A DNA stretch of 58,887 nt from Armatimonadota bacterium (GCA_037445735.1 JBBIJY010000018.1:1-58887); one strand, 5' to 3'; numbered from the stretch's first letter, positions 11,007 to 21,357 are shown. A program made the numbers and translations. Notes: generated by a model from the letters alone, not told the origin.

Positions 11007-13994
11007 ATGCTGCGCCAAGGTCGATCTCGAGCTAAGTTGGTGATCTACCCGGTGGCTGCGTTGCTTCTATTGATGAGGGTAGTTGCTCAGGTGCCTGACG
11101 AAAGATTCGCTCGAATTGTGCCGGAGATCCTATCGGCTGCGGCTCAAAATGGCTCCCTTGTAAAATTTGAGAACGATAGTGTGCAGGGTATTGCGGGCGT
11201 TAACAGGGTGGTTGTGCCTGCTGATGGGCGCAGTTTAGCCTGGGGCGTAATTCGACTCACTGATAAACAGGGACAGCCCATTTCCGATGAAGTGGTCGAA
11301 ACATCGGTCAGTGAAGGCAGATTGCATATCATTGGTAGAAATCCGCTAACGGATCCTGCAGGCAATCTTGTCTTTGCTGTTCAGGCAGTTGAGGGGCGTA
11401 CTGTATCGGCAACGGTACGATTTTACTTTCCACGACTGCAAGCAGGTGGTCAAATAGACCTGCTCTTTTACACAGATTACTTTGCGCCTGCTGATGGGTG
11501 CGATGGTATACAAAGCGCATCGGTTTTCTATAGACCTGTGATTTCTGAAGGGCAACTCGAAGTATGTTTTCCATCTCAGTTCGCCGATATGTTTGGTATG
11601 GAAGTGGATTCATCGCCCTATGTGCCTGCCTTTGATTTTGAAGCAACTTTTCGCGCCACCAATCGTCCTACTGAGGCTTTCAGTGAAGTTAGTTTCTCGC
11701 TGTATAATGCTTCTTGCTGCTCTCCTCCTGGGCAATGCAGAAGATCGGTGTGTTATTGCGACGATGGTATACACGGTTATCCTGCAAGCAGTAATCTACT
11801 CTCATCGTACTTGCTTCCAAATGATGATGTTGTTGCCGAAGTGGAGTATCTGGTATATTCGCCTGGAGGGGGCACTGTTTGTTCGCAAGAGTTTACCTAC
11901 ACAGTTCGTAATCCAATATTAATTATAGAAGATCTAGAAGAGCTTTATCTTTTCGATCATCCTTATGAATCTGATTTTCGTCAACCCGCAAGGATATACA
12001 TCTCGATTGAATCGCCTCTTGTCAGGGCAGAAAGAGGATGGTGGTGGTATAATTCCGCATTCTATTTGCAAGTCATGGTACGAAATCAGCCAGAAATTAT
12101 TCCTGTTACTGTCCCCACAACACAGCCTATAGAAGTAGTGATACCTTCTATCTCTTCTGGTACGGTTAATCCAATAGAGATAAAATTGTTTAGAAATATT
12201 TCGTTAAATAACCAAATCGAAGTTGATGGAACACATGGTTATTTGAATTTGAGAGTGGACAGAATCTATGCTCTGGGTAGAGATTCCGTTACCCGCACTT
12301 TTGATTTTGAGATTACTTACACCTTAAGTCTATCGCGCCAGCTATCCACTTCGCGGGGAGCATCATCGGGTGTAGTTATTGTGCGTGATCCCGCCAACGA
12401 GGTGATATACCGCTACACGGTACCACCTCAAAAGCTTACATTAGGTTCGCATACGGTGGTGGTCAAGATTCCAGAGGATCAGATGCTTCGTTTTGGGCGA
12501 TATGTTTTTGTGCCGCACTTTATAGATGATTTGGCAGATTACTACCGCAATCGGCAACCGAAGTTGGCACGCGTAAGCGGCACACTGCATTTTGATACGC
12601 CTAACAGTCCATATGATATATTCGGCTCGGATTACCTTCGTCGTCTGCACCCTTATTACACAATATATAATATTTCAAATGATTTAAGAAATAATTTAGC
12701 CCGTCAAAGTTTCCCCACCGAAGGCGAAACATGTTTCCTTATTGCAGCAATGTCTCGCTATCTCTATGAGCCTATACCCCAGGAGCTCAACGGCGCATTG
12801 TTTGTGGGGGAAGACTACTGGCGGGATAATGGAGGTGCGCGGCGTCCCAATCCACCTTCGAATAGCCACATCGATGAATTCTTTGGTGCATTACGATACC
12901 GGGGCAGAATACCCTTCTTCACCAATAATCGCCAAGCAGAAGCACTGGGTACTGACTGGCGTTTATGGCCGGGGCCGAAACTGGAATTCCGATGGCTCAA
13001 GCTTTCACATGTCGCCAGTAATGAAGAGAGGCGGCTATATTACTGGAAATATCAGGACACTTCATGCCTCAGCCCAAGTTATGTATGGCGTTCCAGAGTG
13101 GGAACTCACTACTTTGCAGTTGCTGTAACTTCACCGTCACTGGATCACTATGTTGTTTCGGGGCCATATGTTGAGCGCAACCAGAATCGAATCATCTCCA
13201 AGCAACGGTTTGAACGGCTGCTTCGCAGTGGTCAACTGATAAGTCGGTACGCTTCGGATGGTTTTACCGCTCCGCTACGGATATCCAGCAAGCGTTCGTA
13301 TGCCGATGTGGCAACGCAGGAATACAAGCGGAGGGTGATTGAATGGGCAAGCACCTTTGTAAATGTACGCTATGAGTGGGGTGGTTGCTGGTTTGGTGGG
13401 CGTGCCCACCCCAGCCAGCGCGATAGTGGTGGCTTTGCCGGCTATGAAGGCTTTGGCATCGACTGCTCCAAACTGGTCAGCGCAGCAGCGATGATGGCGG
13501 GTCTACGCTGGGATCGGCGGAATAATATTCGCTGGTGGGATATCGGCGGTGTTCACTTTGCTGATAGGTATCCTTATACATCGGGCTGGAACGTTGCTCG
13601 CGCGTGGGCTTTCTGTTCCCACTCTTAAGATAGGTATCCTTATACATCGGGCTGGAACAGCAACGAGGAGGCGCGCCTGAACGCAGAGCCCGGCGATATC
13701 TTGGTCAAGTATGGTGCCCATGTCGCCATCATCGCACAGTTTGCACAAGTTAGGAATAAGATCAATCTGAGAACGGGTCAAGTCACGGACCGATACATCT
13801 GGGCGACAATTATTGACTCTTCTGGTAGCTATAACGGGGTGACCATCAACACTGGTTCCCATCTTACTCGCTCCCATACACGGATTTCCAGAGGTAATGA
13901 GAGGCGTTCTGATACTGTAGGAATTCTGATGGAACATTTAGATGATAGGGGAAAAACTTACACTCTGCGTCAGCTACGGCAGATTCAAAACTAA
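11007..13994 (+). pseudogene. Large secreted Ig-like + NlpC/P60 peptidase protein interrupted by a 66-bp insertion
   Basis: Signal-like N-terminus; invasin-type Ig pattern (VPADG..IRLTDKQGQPI..TDPAG); YEWGG...GIDCSKLV (Cys 13464); EPGDILVKYGAHVAII (His 13719) in the same frame after TAA 13626-13628. Confidence 0.85.
13563..13658 (+). repeat. Perfect 30-bp direct repeat flanking a 36-bp insert (repeat-spacer-repeat architecture)
   Basis: GATAGGTATCCTTATACATCGGGCTGGAAC at 13563-13592 and 13629-13658; insert GTTGCTCGCGCGTGGGCTTTCTGTTCCCACTCTTAA at 13593-13628. Confidence 0.95.
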
Positions 13995-14008
13995 GTGAGG
14001 TGAGAGCA

Positions 14009-15366
14009 ATGCGATGGACACAGCACACACGAGAAACATTCGGACAAACCGTCCCGGTGATGCTGTTGATATTGATCGGCATGCTGGCAATTGCTGCCGC
14101 CAGCTTCGGACGAAAAGCCACTGTCCAAACGGATTCCCAGCCCGTTTCCCTGTTCAAGATCACTTATGGCGAAGAGCCAACGAAACTTCGCCTGCGTTTC
14201 CCCGGCTCCCTGCGGCTCGGCGAGGAAGAGGAGGAGCCATTGTTCGGCGGTGGACCAACCACCTTTTGTGTCAGCTGGGATGGGCAGCTGTTTTATATCG
14301 CCGATCCCCTGCGCGTCTATGGCAAAGACCTGAAACCACCGCAGCCGTCTGATGATGAAGTAGAGGAAGAGAGGAATGAGGAGCTAGTCCCCTGGGTGCA
14401 GGTTTACAATCGTCAGGGGCAGTGGGTACGCACGATTAAAATCAAGTACGGTTTCCCATCCCGGATACGCGTGGACGAGCGAGGCTGGCTCTATGTGGAT
14501 GACGCTGGGCGTGGTGTGGCAGTCTACCGTCCTGACGGCGCTTATGACCAGCAGCGAACGGAGGCGATTGCGGCAGAAATCCGACGAGCAGAAACGGAGC
14601 ATCGCTTAGACCCAGAGCTTAAACCCGAGTTTTTCGAGGTTGACCGTCAGGGCAGGGTCTACTTTCTGGCTAATCAAATCGTCTCAGAAGAAGGTGAACC
14701 AAGTATCTCCAGTTGCGTTTGCTGATCGTTCACCCTGACGGTGGTTACAATCTCCTTGATTACAGTGACTACAATCAGTGTGGGATTGATCGCTATCGCG
14801 GTGACGTTATTATGGGCAACTATGACGAACCCGCTGAAGGTCAGATGGAGATTGAGTTTGTAATCTCACCCTTCGGCGAGGGGAATCGTGAGAGGCGAAA
14901 AACCATAACTCTGTTTAAGGTTGAGCCCTACAAGCGTGTTCGTCCGAACGGCGAGGTGGTGCAGAAGTTTGACTGGCAGCTGGACATTTCTGATCAGGTG
15001 CCGAATGTGTGGGATGGTTTCGTCGGTACTGAGAACCTTGCAAATCAGATGGCGATTGCCACTGACGAGGCGGGACGCCTTTATCGGGTATATACGGCGG
15101 CGCGGCGCCGCTGGGTGAGGTTAGATGACCCCGACGATCCTAATCGTGGCATGGCTTTACAGGAAGGTTTCTGGATTATTGAATTCACTTCTGATGGGCG
15201 ATACATTCGCTCGCGCGCCTCCAACCTCCGCTTGATTGGCAGCTACGGACACCAGTCGAACCTTGTCGGATCAACCACCAACCTCTGGGATGTGGACAAG
15301 CATGGTAATGTGTACTGGATGGAGTTTCATCCGCGCTATGTGGAGATCAAGATGGCGCCGCGTTAG
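14009..15366 (+). pseudogene. Secreted beta-propeller/NHL-like protein, frameshifted
   Basis: Hydrophobic signal MLLILIGMLAIAAASFG; repeated VDERGWLYV/VDRQGRVYF/TDEAGRLYR/VDKHGNVYW blade motifs across two ORFs; adding one base near 14700 joins them (EGEPKYLQLRLLIVHPDGG). Confidence 0.75.
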
Positions 15367-15464
15367 TCGTTGGGCAGGTTAGCCGTTTCTGGTTCCTGCC
15401 AATAGCGGGTATCAACGGGTATAAATGGAGCGTACTTTTCACTGGTGGAACCTGTGGAACCTGC

Positions 15465-16336
15465 ATGCGGGCGCGATGGGCACAACTCGGATGGCTACTG
15501 TTGGCTCTGTTAGCCGCTGGGCTGTTTGGGCTGCTGCCGCAAGGGTTGCCTTCGGTGCGCTGGCTGCTGATGGCGCCCTTCCGCAAACTGCAGCTCAACT
15601 CCCCGCGTGAACGGCGTTTGTAGCCTACCTCTGAGGGATTGAAACGCGATTGACAAACGATCTATTGCGCATTCGGCGAGAGGCGCAGGCGTTTCGTGCT
15701 TACGAGGCGCACGCCCGCGCGGTATTTCCCGATCCTGCCCGGATGGGCGCCTTATCGGAACAGTTCCTTAAGCGCACCTTCGCGCCGCTCTATCGGCTGC
15801 GCGCGGCAATCGCGATAGGGTTCTGTATCCTGTGGACCCTGCTGGCGATGGGGCTTGCCCTGATGATAGCGCGTCGCGTGCGCCCCGACGGATTCTGGCT
15901 CTTTGGAGCCGCACTGCTAACAGGATGGCTGGCAGCGTTTCTGTTCAGTTTCACCAGCCTGTCAGCCATCGGCACCGCTTCCCTCGCGGAAATCCGAACT
16001 GGCTTCTTTGGCGACCCTTATATTACCGCAGGGCAGGCTGAACAGGAGCGGTTTCAGAGCGCGCTGCTCAGGGCGCGAACCGATATCGCCAGCATCGGCT
16101 TCTGGTCGGGCTTGGGGCTGTTGCTGCTGATGCTGGGCATCACATATGCCCGCGCTCGAAGCCGCAAACCGCTGCTGGGTTATGAGCGGTTTCTGAAGGC
16201 GCTACCATGGGTGCTGAGCCTGATAATTCTGGTGCTGATCTATCTGTTTGCCCTCTACGCATCAGCAGAGCATGAAGCCAGCCAGCGAGTGGAGCAGCGG
16301 CTTCGTAACGAGCGGCTCCTCATGGGTGGGGTATAA
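15465..16336 (+). pseudogene. Membrane protein gene broken at a CRISPR repeat
   Basis: N-terminal piece MRARWAQLGWLLLALLAAGLFGLL... (15465-15623) stops inside the repeat; 228-aa multi-TM piece 15650-16336 lacks a good start/SD. Confidence 0.55.
15616..15645 (+). CRISPR. Solitary CRISPR repeat unit (30 bp, ATTGAAAC-ending, type I-B/III-like); no array
   Basis: GTTTGTAGCCTACCTCTGAGGGATTGAAAC: GTTT start, internal CCT/AGG palindrome, ATTGAAAC end; no second copy in the window. Confidence 0.85.
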
Positions 16337-16359
16337 TCCGCTCAAAGGAGGGTCGGACG

Positions 16360-16713
16360 ATGGTGGAACGACCTGACGAGCAGGCGACACAGGCGCAGCC
16401 AGGCGATAGGGAACAGGCGATGCAGGGCACCGATGTGCCCACCCTGCTGCAATACACGCTCCATCTCTATATTGCCGCTGCCTGGCAGATGATGGGGCTG
16501 GTGCCCGATCCCATCACGCACCAGATTCGCACCGACCTGCAACAGGCGAAAATCGCCATCGATTGCGCCGACTTTCTGGCAGGACACCTGCGACCGTTCG
16601 TCGAAGAATCGACGATGCGGGAGTATCAGCGACAGATTCGCGATTTGAAAGTGAACTATGTGGCGCGTGTCGGGGCAGCCGGCGGCTCCGATACGCCAGG
16701 CACGGAGGCGTAA
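16360..16713 (+). CDS. DUF1844 family protein
   Basis: AWQMMGLVPDPIT...DLQQAKIAID...LKVNYV; TATAAT and SD AAGGAGG upstream. Confidence 0.8.
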   Translation: MVERPDEQATQAQPGDREQAMQGTDVPTLLQYTLHLYIAAAWQMMGLVPDPITHQIRTDLQQAKIAIDCADFLAGHLRPFVEESTMREYQRQIRDLKVNYVARVGAAGGSDTPGTEA

Positions 16714-16714
16714 G

Positions 16715-17275
16715 ATGGACATCGGGACATGGGCACGCACCCTTGCGCAGGGTCTGAATCGACGCATCTTAATGACGCTGGCATCGCTGCCTGTGCGGGC
16801 GCAGTTGTGGACGCGCGACGCGCTGGCGACTGCGCGCACGCTGCCCGCCACCATCCGCGAGCAGATTCGACACTGGCGGGGACAGACACTGACTTTGCCG
16901 CTGGAGGAGCAGCGCGCGCTGCTCGCCGAGTTCTATGAGCGTTACGAGCAACTGACTGAACTCATCTGCGACGCCGCCTTCTGCGGCACAGGTGAACCGT
17001 TCCAGCAGCCGTATGCGGCGCTGCGCTCCTGGCTGCAACGCGCCTATCCCCATCTCCGCCCCTACCTCTGCGCCCACCTGAACTATGACCCCAGCGACGA
17101 AGCCGTCGGACTCAAAGCGCGGGGTCAGCCGACCGACGCTTTTGAGGCGCTCTTCTGCTTCGAAACGCTGGAGGCGCTGATTCAGGCGGACGAGGGCGAC
17201 TTAATCGGGCGCATCGAGCGCACGCGCAGCGCGCTCTACCGCTACGCCGATTACATCCGACAGTGGTTGCCATGA
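16715..17275 (+). CDS. Hypothetical protein
   Basis: ORF filling the operon gap; start at ATG 16715 immediately after the upstream stop. Confidence 0.7.
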   Translation: MDIGTWARTLAQGLNRRILMTLASLPVRAQLWTRDALATARTLPATIREQIRHWRGQTLTLPLEEQRALLAEFYERYEQLTELICDAAFCGTGEPFQQPYAALRSWLQRAYPHLRPYLCAHLNYDPSDEAVGLKARGQPTDAFEALFCFETLEALIQADEGDLIGRIERTRSALYRYADYIRQWLP

Positions 17276-18531
17276 GAAGCGATGCTCGAAGTGGGCAGAC
17301 GGAACTCACGCGGCGCGAGTTCCTCCGGCAAGCCGCGCTGGGCGCCGCCGTGTTCAGCTTCGGCATCCTGACCGCCCGCGCCAACCAGCAGGAGAAGGTG
17401 CGCATCGGTGTCATCGGCACGGGCGCACAGGGGCAGAACCTGCTGCGCCAGCTGATGGCAATCCCTACTGCCGAAGTGGTCGCCCTCTGCGACATCTATG
17501 CCCCTCACCGAATCAGCGCCCTCGAAATCACAGGTGGGAAAGCCCAATCTTACACCGACTATCGCGCCCTGCTGGAACGCAAGGACATCGAGGCGGTGGT
17601 GGTCGCCACGCCGCTGCACCTGCACGCGCCCATCAGCATCGACGCGATGCGCGCGGGCAAACATGTGTTCTGCGAGAAGGCGATTGCCTACTCGCTGGAG
17701 GCGGCGAAGGTGATGGCGCGCACCGCCCGCGAAACGCGCCGAATCCTGCAAATCGGGCATCAGCGCCACTACAATCCCATCTACGAGCAGGCATATCGGC
17801 TCATTCAGGAGGGCGCAATCGGGCGTATCACCCATGTGCGGGCGCTGTGGCACCGCAACGGCAGCTGGCGCCGCGCCGTGCCCAACCCCAAATTCGAACA
17901 CCTGCTCAACTGGCGACTGTATAAAGAATATTCGCACGGGCTGCTGACCGAACTCGCCAGCCACCAGCTGGATGTGATCAACTGGTTTCTGGGCAGCTAT
18001 CCGATAGCGGTGGTCGGTACAGGCGGCATCGATTACTGGAAAGATGGGCGCGAAGTGTACGACAATGTGGAACTGCTGTACGAATACCCGAATGGGGTTA
18101 AGGTGGTCTACAGCAGCATCACGGCGAACGCCTACGACGGCTACGGCGAGTGGTTCATGGGCGATCAGGGCACGATTGTGCTGACGGAGGAGAACAAAGG
18201 GTTGCTCTTTCGGGAGCCGCGCGCGGGCAAGCTGGAGTGGGAGCAGGACGCCAGCACGCAGCAGGTGGGCGGTCGCACCGCCATCACTTTGCAGGCGCGT
18301 CCGACCCGCCGCGCCCAAACCGCCAGCGAGCAACTCAACTACGGCGCCAACCGCAACGCCTACTACCTGGAACTGGAACATTTCTGCCAGTGCGTGCGCA
18401 CGGGCGAGACTCCCCGCTGCACGCCCAGAGAAGCCATTCCCGCGCTCGCGACCGTGCTGATCGCCGAAGAAGCCATCGCCACCGGCACCAGAAAGCAGTT
18501 CACGCCCGACATGTTCACAGATGGGTTATAA
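17272..18531 (+). CDS. Tat-exported Gfo/Idh/MocA oxidoreductase
   Basis: TRREFL Tat motif, IGVIGTGAQG, ATPLHLH, GKHVFCEK. Confidence 0.92.
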   Translation: MRSDARSGQTELTRREFLRQAALGAAVFSFGILTARANQQEKVRIGVIGTGAQGQNLLRQLMAIPTAEVVALCDIYAPHRISALEITGGKAQSYTDYRALLERKDIEAVVVATPLHLHAPISIDAMRAGKHVFCEKAIAYSLEAAKVMARTARETRRILQIGHQRHYNPIYEQAYRLIQEGAIGRITHVRALWHRNGSWRRAVPNPKFEHLLNWRLYKEYSHGLLTELASHQLDVINWFLGSYPIAVVGTGGIDYWKDGREVYDNVELLYEYPNGVKVVYSSITANAYDGYGEWFMGDQGTIVLTEENKGLLFREPRAGKLEWEQDASTQQVGGRTAITLQARPTRRAQTASEQLNYGANRNAYYLELEHFCQCVRTGETPRCTPREAIPALATVLIAEEAIATGTRKQFTPDMFTDGL

Positions 18532-18551
18532 TCCATATGGAGGTGGCTCTT

Positions 18552-20255
18552 GTGCGATGGCAGATGAGAGTGGGCAGTGTATGGCTGGCAGCGATGCTCC
18601 TGAGCGTTGCCTTCGGGCAGCGGCTGGAGGGCTGGGATGTGCGCACCGACAGCGGCACCCGCTTTGATGCGCTGATAGGCGCGGGGCTGAACTCCTTCCA
18701 GTGGGGTCAGCTGCGCGGTCAGCAGGATGTGCCGCCCCGCACCGCCCGCCACGCCTATATCCGCAATATCCGCGTGATCGACGGCGGCGACCCATTCGGG
18801 CGAGTCGCCATCCTCTGGAGCGGCTGGGAAGGCAACGGCACCGACCGCACCGAATACTGGATTCGCGACGGCTACAAAGCCCCACCCCGCTACGAAGCCG
18901 CGCGCGTCGGGCAAACCTGGAGCGGCGACTATCTGTTCCGCATCCGTATGTGGAACGAGCAGTATTTCAGCTGGCAGCCGCGCAGCGTGGTGGTGAGCGT
19001 CTACGCCGCAAACGCGCCCACGCCCGTCTTGCTCACTGCCGACGCGCCCACCTGGACCGACCTGAGCGGGCTGGATCTGCTACCGAACCGACCCGGCATC
19101 CAGATTGACCCCGACCAGACGCCCGCGCTCTTTATGCAGGTGCGTTTCGGCAGCTATCAGGTGCGCCGCGCGTGGGTGCAGGGACTGAAGCGCGTGGTGC
19201 GACTGGATCAATACGAAACGGAGAGCCGACCGTCGCCGTTCCGCGATCAGGTGCAGTTCACGGCGTCGTTCAATACGCGCATTAATGGCAATCCCACCTC
19301 CTACAACGGCGACGCCTCCCACCTGCTGGAGTGGGCGCCGCTGGACAGCACGGTCGACAGGGGCGTGCCAGTGTATGGTGGCGACTGGACGATCCCGCTC
19401 ACAGGTTTGCCGCTCGGCTCCATTATCAGCTTCGACCTGAACGCGACGCTGCGCCATCTGCCGTTTGACCAGAACAACCAGCCGATCGCGCCTGCGCCGC
19501 GCCCGCCTGTGGACGACCTGCGACTGGCAGATCGCCTCTATTTCGACCTGCGCGGGCTGACCTACAGCTATTCGGGCGCCATCAGCGGTGGAGGTTCCGT
19601 CTCCGATGAGGACGCGCCACCCGTATGCATACCCAAACAGCCCGGCACGCTCGACATCACGCTCAACCTTCAGGACTTCGGCTTGCCTTACAACATCAGC
19701 ATCACGCTCGCGGGACGCGCCATCGATGCCGACAAAGTGGAGTGGTCGGTCGATATCTACCCGGACCTGTGCATCACGGTGGAGGGTGTGCAGGTGAAGA
19801 TCAAGCGCATCTGGGGCAAGCTAACGGCGCAGCTGACGCGCCAGCCCTATTTCATCGAGCCGCTCTGCGGGCGAACCTTCAATCTGGTGGCGACCCCGTT
19901 CGGAGGCGACAGCGGCAGCTGGCTCAACGGCGAGTTCTACGCGCTCTGCCAGGAGACCAGCTTCACGCGCATCAACGCGCAGGTGCGCTCCATCGATTAT
20001 CGGGCGACCAGCGGCATCGACTATGAACCGCCCGACCCGCGCCGGCTCTATCAGTTCACCCGCTCGCAGTGGGCGGAACTCATTCGGCAGGGCGATGTGA
20101 ATGGCGATGGCTGCGTGGACGATGCCGACCTGCTGGCGGTGCTGTTCGCCTTTGGGCAAACGGGCAGCGAGCTGCCCGAAGATGTGAACGGCGATGGCAC
20201 AGTGGACGACGCCGACCTGCTGATCGTGCTGTTCAACTTCGGCAGAGGGTGCTGA
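18552..20255 (+). CDS. Secreted protein with C-terminal dockerin-like double EF-hand repeat
   Basis: TATAAT 18527 and SD GGAGGT before GTG 18552; signal peptide; tail [22 protein letters not shown]...EDVNGDGTVDDADLLIVLFNFGRGC. Confidence 0.82.
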   Translation: MRWQMRVGSVWLAAMLLSVAFGQRLEGWDVRTDSGTRFDALIGAGLNSFQWGQLRGQQDVPPRTARHAYIRNIRVIDGGDPFGRVAILWSGWEGNGTDRTEYWIRDGYKAPPRYEAARVGQTWSGDYLFRIRMWNEQYFSWQPRSVVVSVYAANAPTPVLLTADAPTWTDLSGLDLLPNRPGIQIDPDQTPALFMQVRFGSYQVRRAWVQGLKRVVRLDQYETESRPSPFRDQVQFTASFNTRINGNPTSYNGDASHLLEWAPLDSTVDRGVPVYGGDWTIPLTGLPLGSIISFDLNATLRHLPFDQNNQPIAPAPRPPVDDLRLADRLYFDLRGLTYSYSGAISGGGSVSDEDAPPVCIPKQPGTLDITLNLQDFGLPYNISITLAGRAIDADKVEWSVDIYPDLCITVEGVQVKIKRIWGKLTAQLTRQPYFIEPLCGRTFNLVATPFGGDSGSWLNGEFYALCQETSFTRINAQVRSIDYRATSGIDYEPPDPRRLYQFTRSQWAELIRQGDVNGDGCVDDADLLAVLFAFGQTGSELPEDVNGDGTVDDADLLIVLFNFGRGC

Positions 20256-20263
20256 TCAGAATA

Positions 20264-21337
20264 TTATATCTCAATTTTGCTTTCATGAGCGATGCGTAGC
20301 GGGATAGGTTTGCCCAGGTGGCGTCCGCGCAGTTGCCCGCAGGCGGCGTCGATATCGCGTCCGCGCTCCATCCGCTGGCTCACCGCTATCCCCGCCTGTT
20401 CCAGAATCGCCCGAAAGCGGCGCACGCGCTCTGGTTCTGGACGCTGAAAGTTCTCTGGCGTCGGAACCTCGTTGAACGGGATGAGGTTCACCAGACAGGG
20501 CACGCCACGCAGCTTCTGCGCCAGCAGCTTCGCGTGCGCAGGCGTGTCGTTCACCTCGCGCAGGAGCAGATATTCGAAGGTAACGCGCCGCCGCGTGCGT
20601 TCGAAATAGTCTCGCGCCGCCTGCAACAGCGCGTCCACGCCCCACTTGCGATTCACGGGCATAATGCGGGCACGGGTCTCATCGTCGGGCGCGTGCAGCG
20701 AAATCGCCAGCGTAATCGGCAGCTGGTGTTCCGCCAGCTCGTAAATTTTGGGCACGATGCCAACTGTGGAGAGGGTGATGTGTCGCATGCTGATGCCCAC
20801 CTCATCGTGAATAAGATGCAGCGCGCGCACAACCGCTGACAGGTTCAGCAACGGTTCGCCCATGCCCATCAGCACCACATGGCTGATGCGGCGCTCGCTG
20901 AGCCGTTGCAGGTGCAGGAGCTGATCAACAATCTCGCCCGCGCTCAGATTGCGCGTGTAGCCGCCCTGCGCGGTGGCGCAGAACCGACAGCCCAGCGCAC
21001 AGCCGACCTGCGTGGACAGACACACCGACACCCGATGCTCGTAGGGCAACAACACGCATTCGACGGCATTCCCGTCCGACAGCTCCAGCAGGCACTTGAG
21101 CGTGCCGTCGCACGACTGCTGCGTCTGTGCGATTCGGTTCGGCGTGATGACGGCGCACTCGTTCAGCCGTGCGCGCAGGCGGGTGGGCAGGTCGCTCATC
21201 ACCTCAAACGAATCGGCAGCCTTGCGATAGACCCAGTGAGCGATCTGGTTGCCCCGATAGGGCGGTTCATCGAACGCCTGCTCCACCCACGCCCGCAACT
21301 CCGCCGTGCTCATCCCCACCAGCACACTCGGCGCCAT
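20264..21337 (-). CDS. rlmN: 23S rRNA m2A2503 / tRNA methyltransferase RlmN
   Basis: CLSTQVGCALGCRFCAT radical SAM motif, MGMGEPLLN, ISLHAP, DIDAACGQL. Confidence 0.96.
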   Translation of the reverse strand: MAPSVLVGMSTAELRAWVEQAFDEPPYRGNQIAHWVYRKAADSFEVMSDLPTRLRARLNECAVITPNRIAQTQQSCDGTLKCLLELSDGNAVECVLLPYEHRVSVCLSTQVGCALGCRFCATAQGGYTRNLSAGEIVDQLLHLQRLSERRISHVVLMGMGEPLLNLSAVVRALHLIHDEVGISMRHITLSTVGIVPKIYELAEHQLPITLAISLHAPDDETRARIMPVNRKWGVDALLQAARDYFERTRRRVTFEYLLLREVNDTPAHAKLLAQKLRGVPCLVNLIPFNEVPTPENFQRPEPERVRRFRAILEQAGIAVSQRMERGRDIDAACGQLRGRHLGKPIPLRIAHESKIEI

Positions 21338-21357
21338 ACAAACAGAGTATACCGCCT

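Noticed and set aside
13095-13105. 11-bp match AGAGTGGGAAC to the reverse complement of the 36-bp insert
   Set aside because: Too short to call a protospacer; plausible by chance in a 59-kb window
15385-15416. GTTTCTGGTTCCTGCCAATAGCGGGTATCAAC as a second, degenerate CRISPR repeat
   Set aside because: Only loose resemblance, ~200 bp from the real repeat, and it overlaps a hairpin after the upstream stop; cannot be distinguished from chance
18150-18551. N-terminal extension of the 701-aa ORF
   Set aside because: Overlaps the oxidoreductase in another frame; promoter, SD and signal peptide indicate a start near 18552
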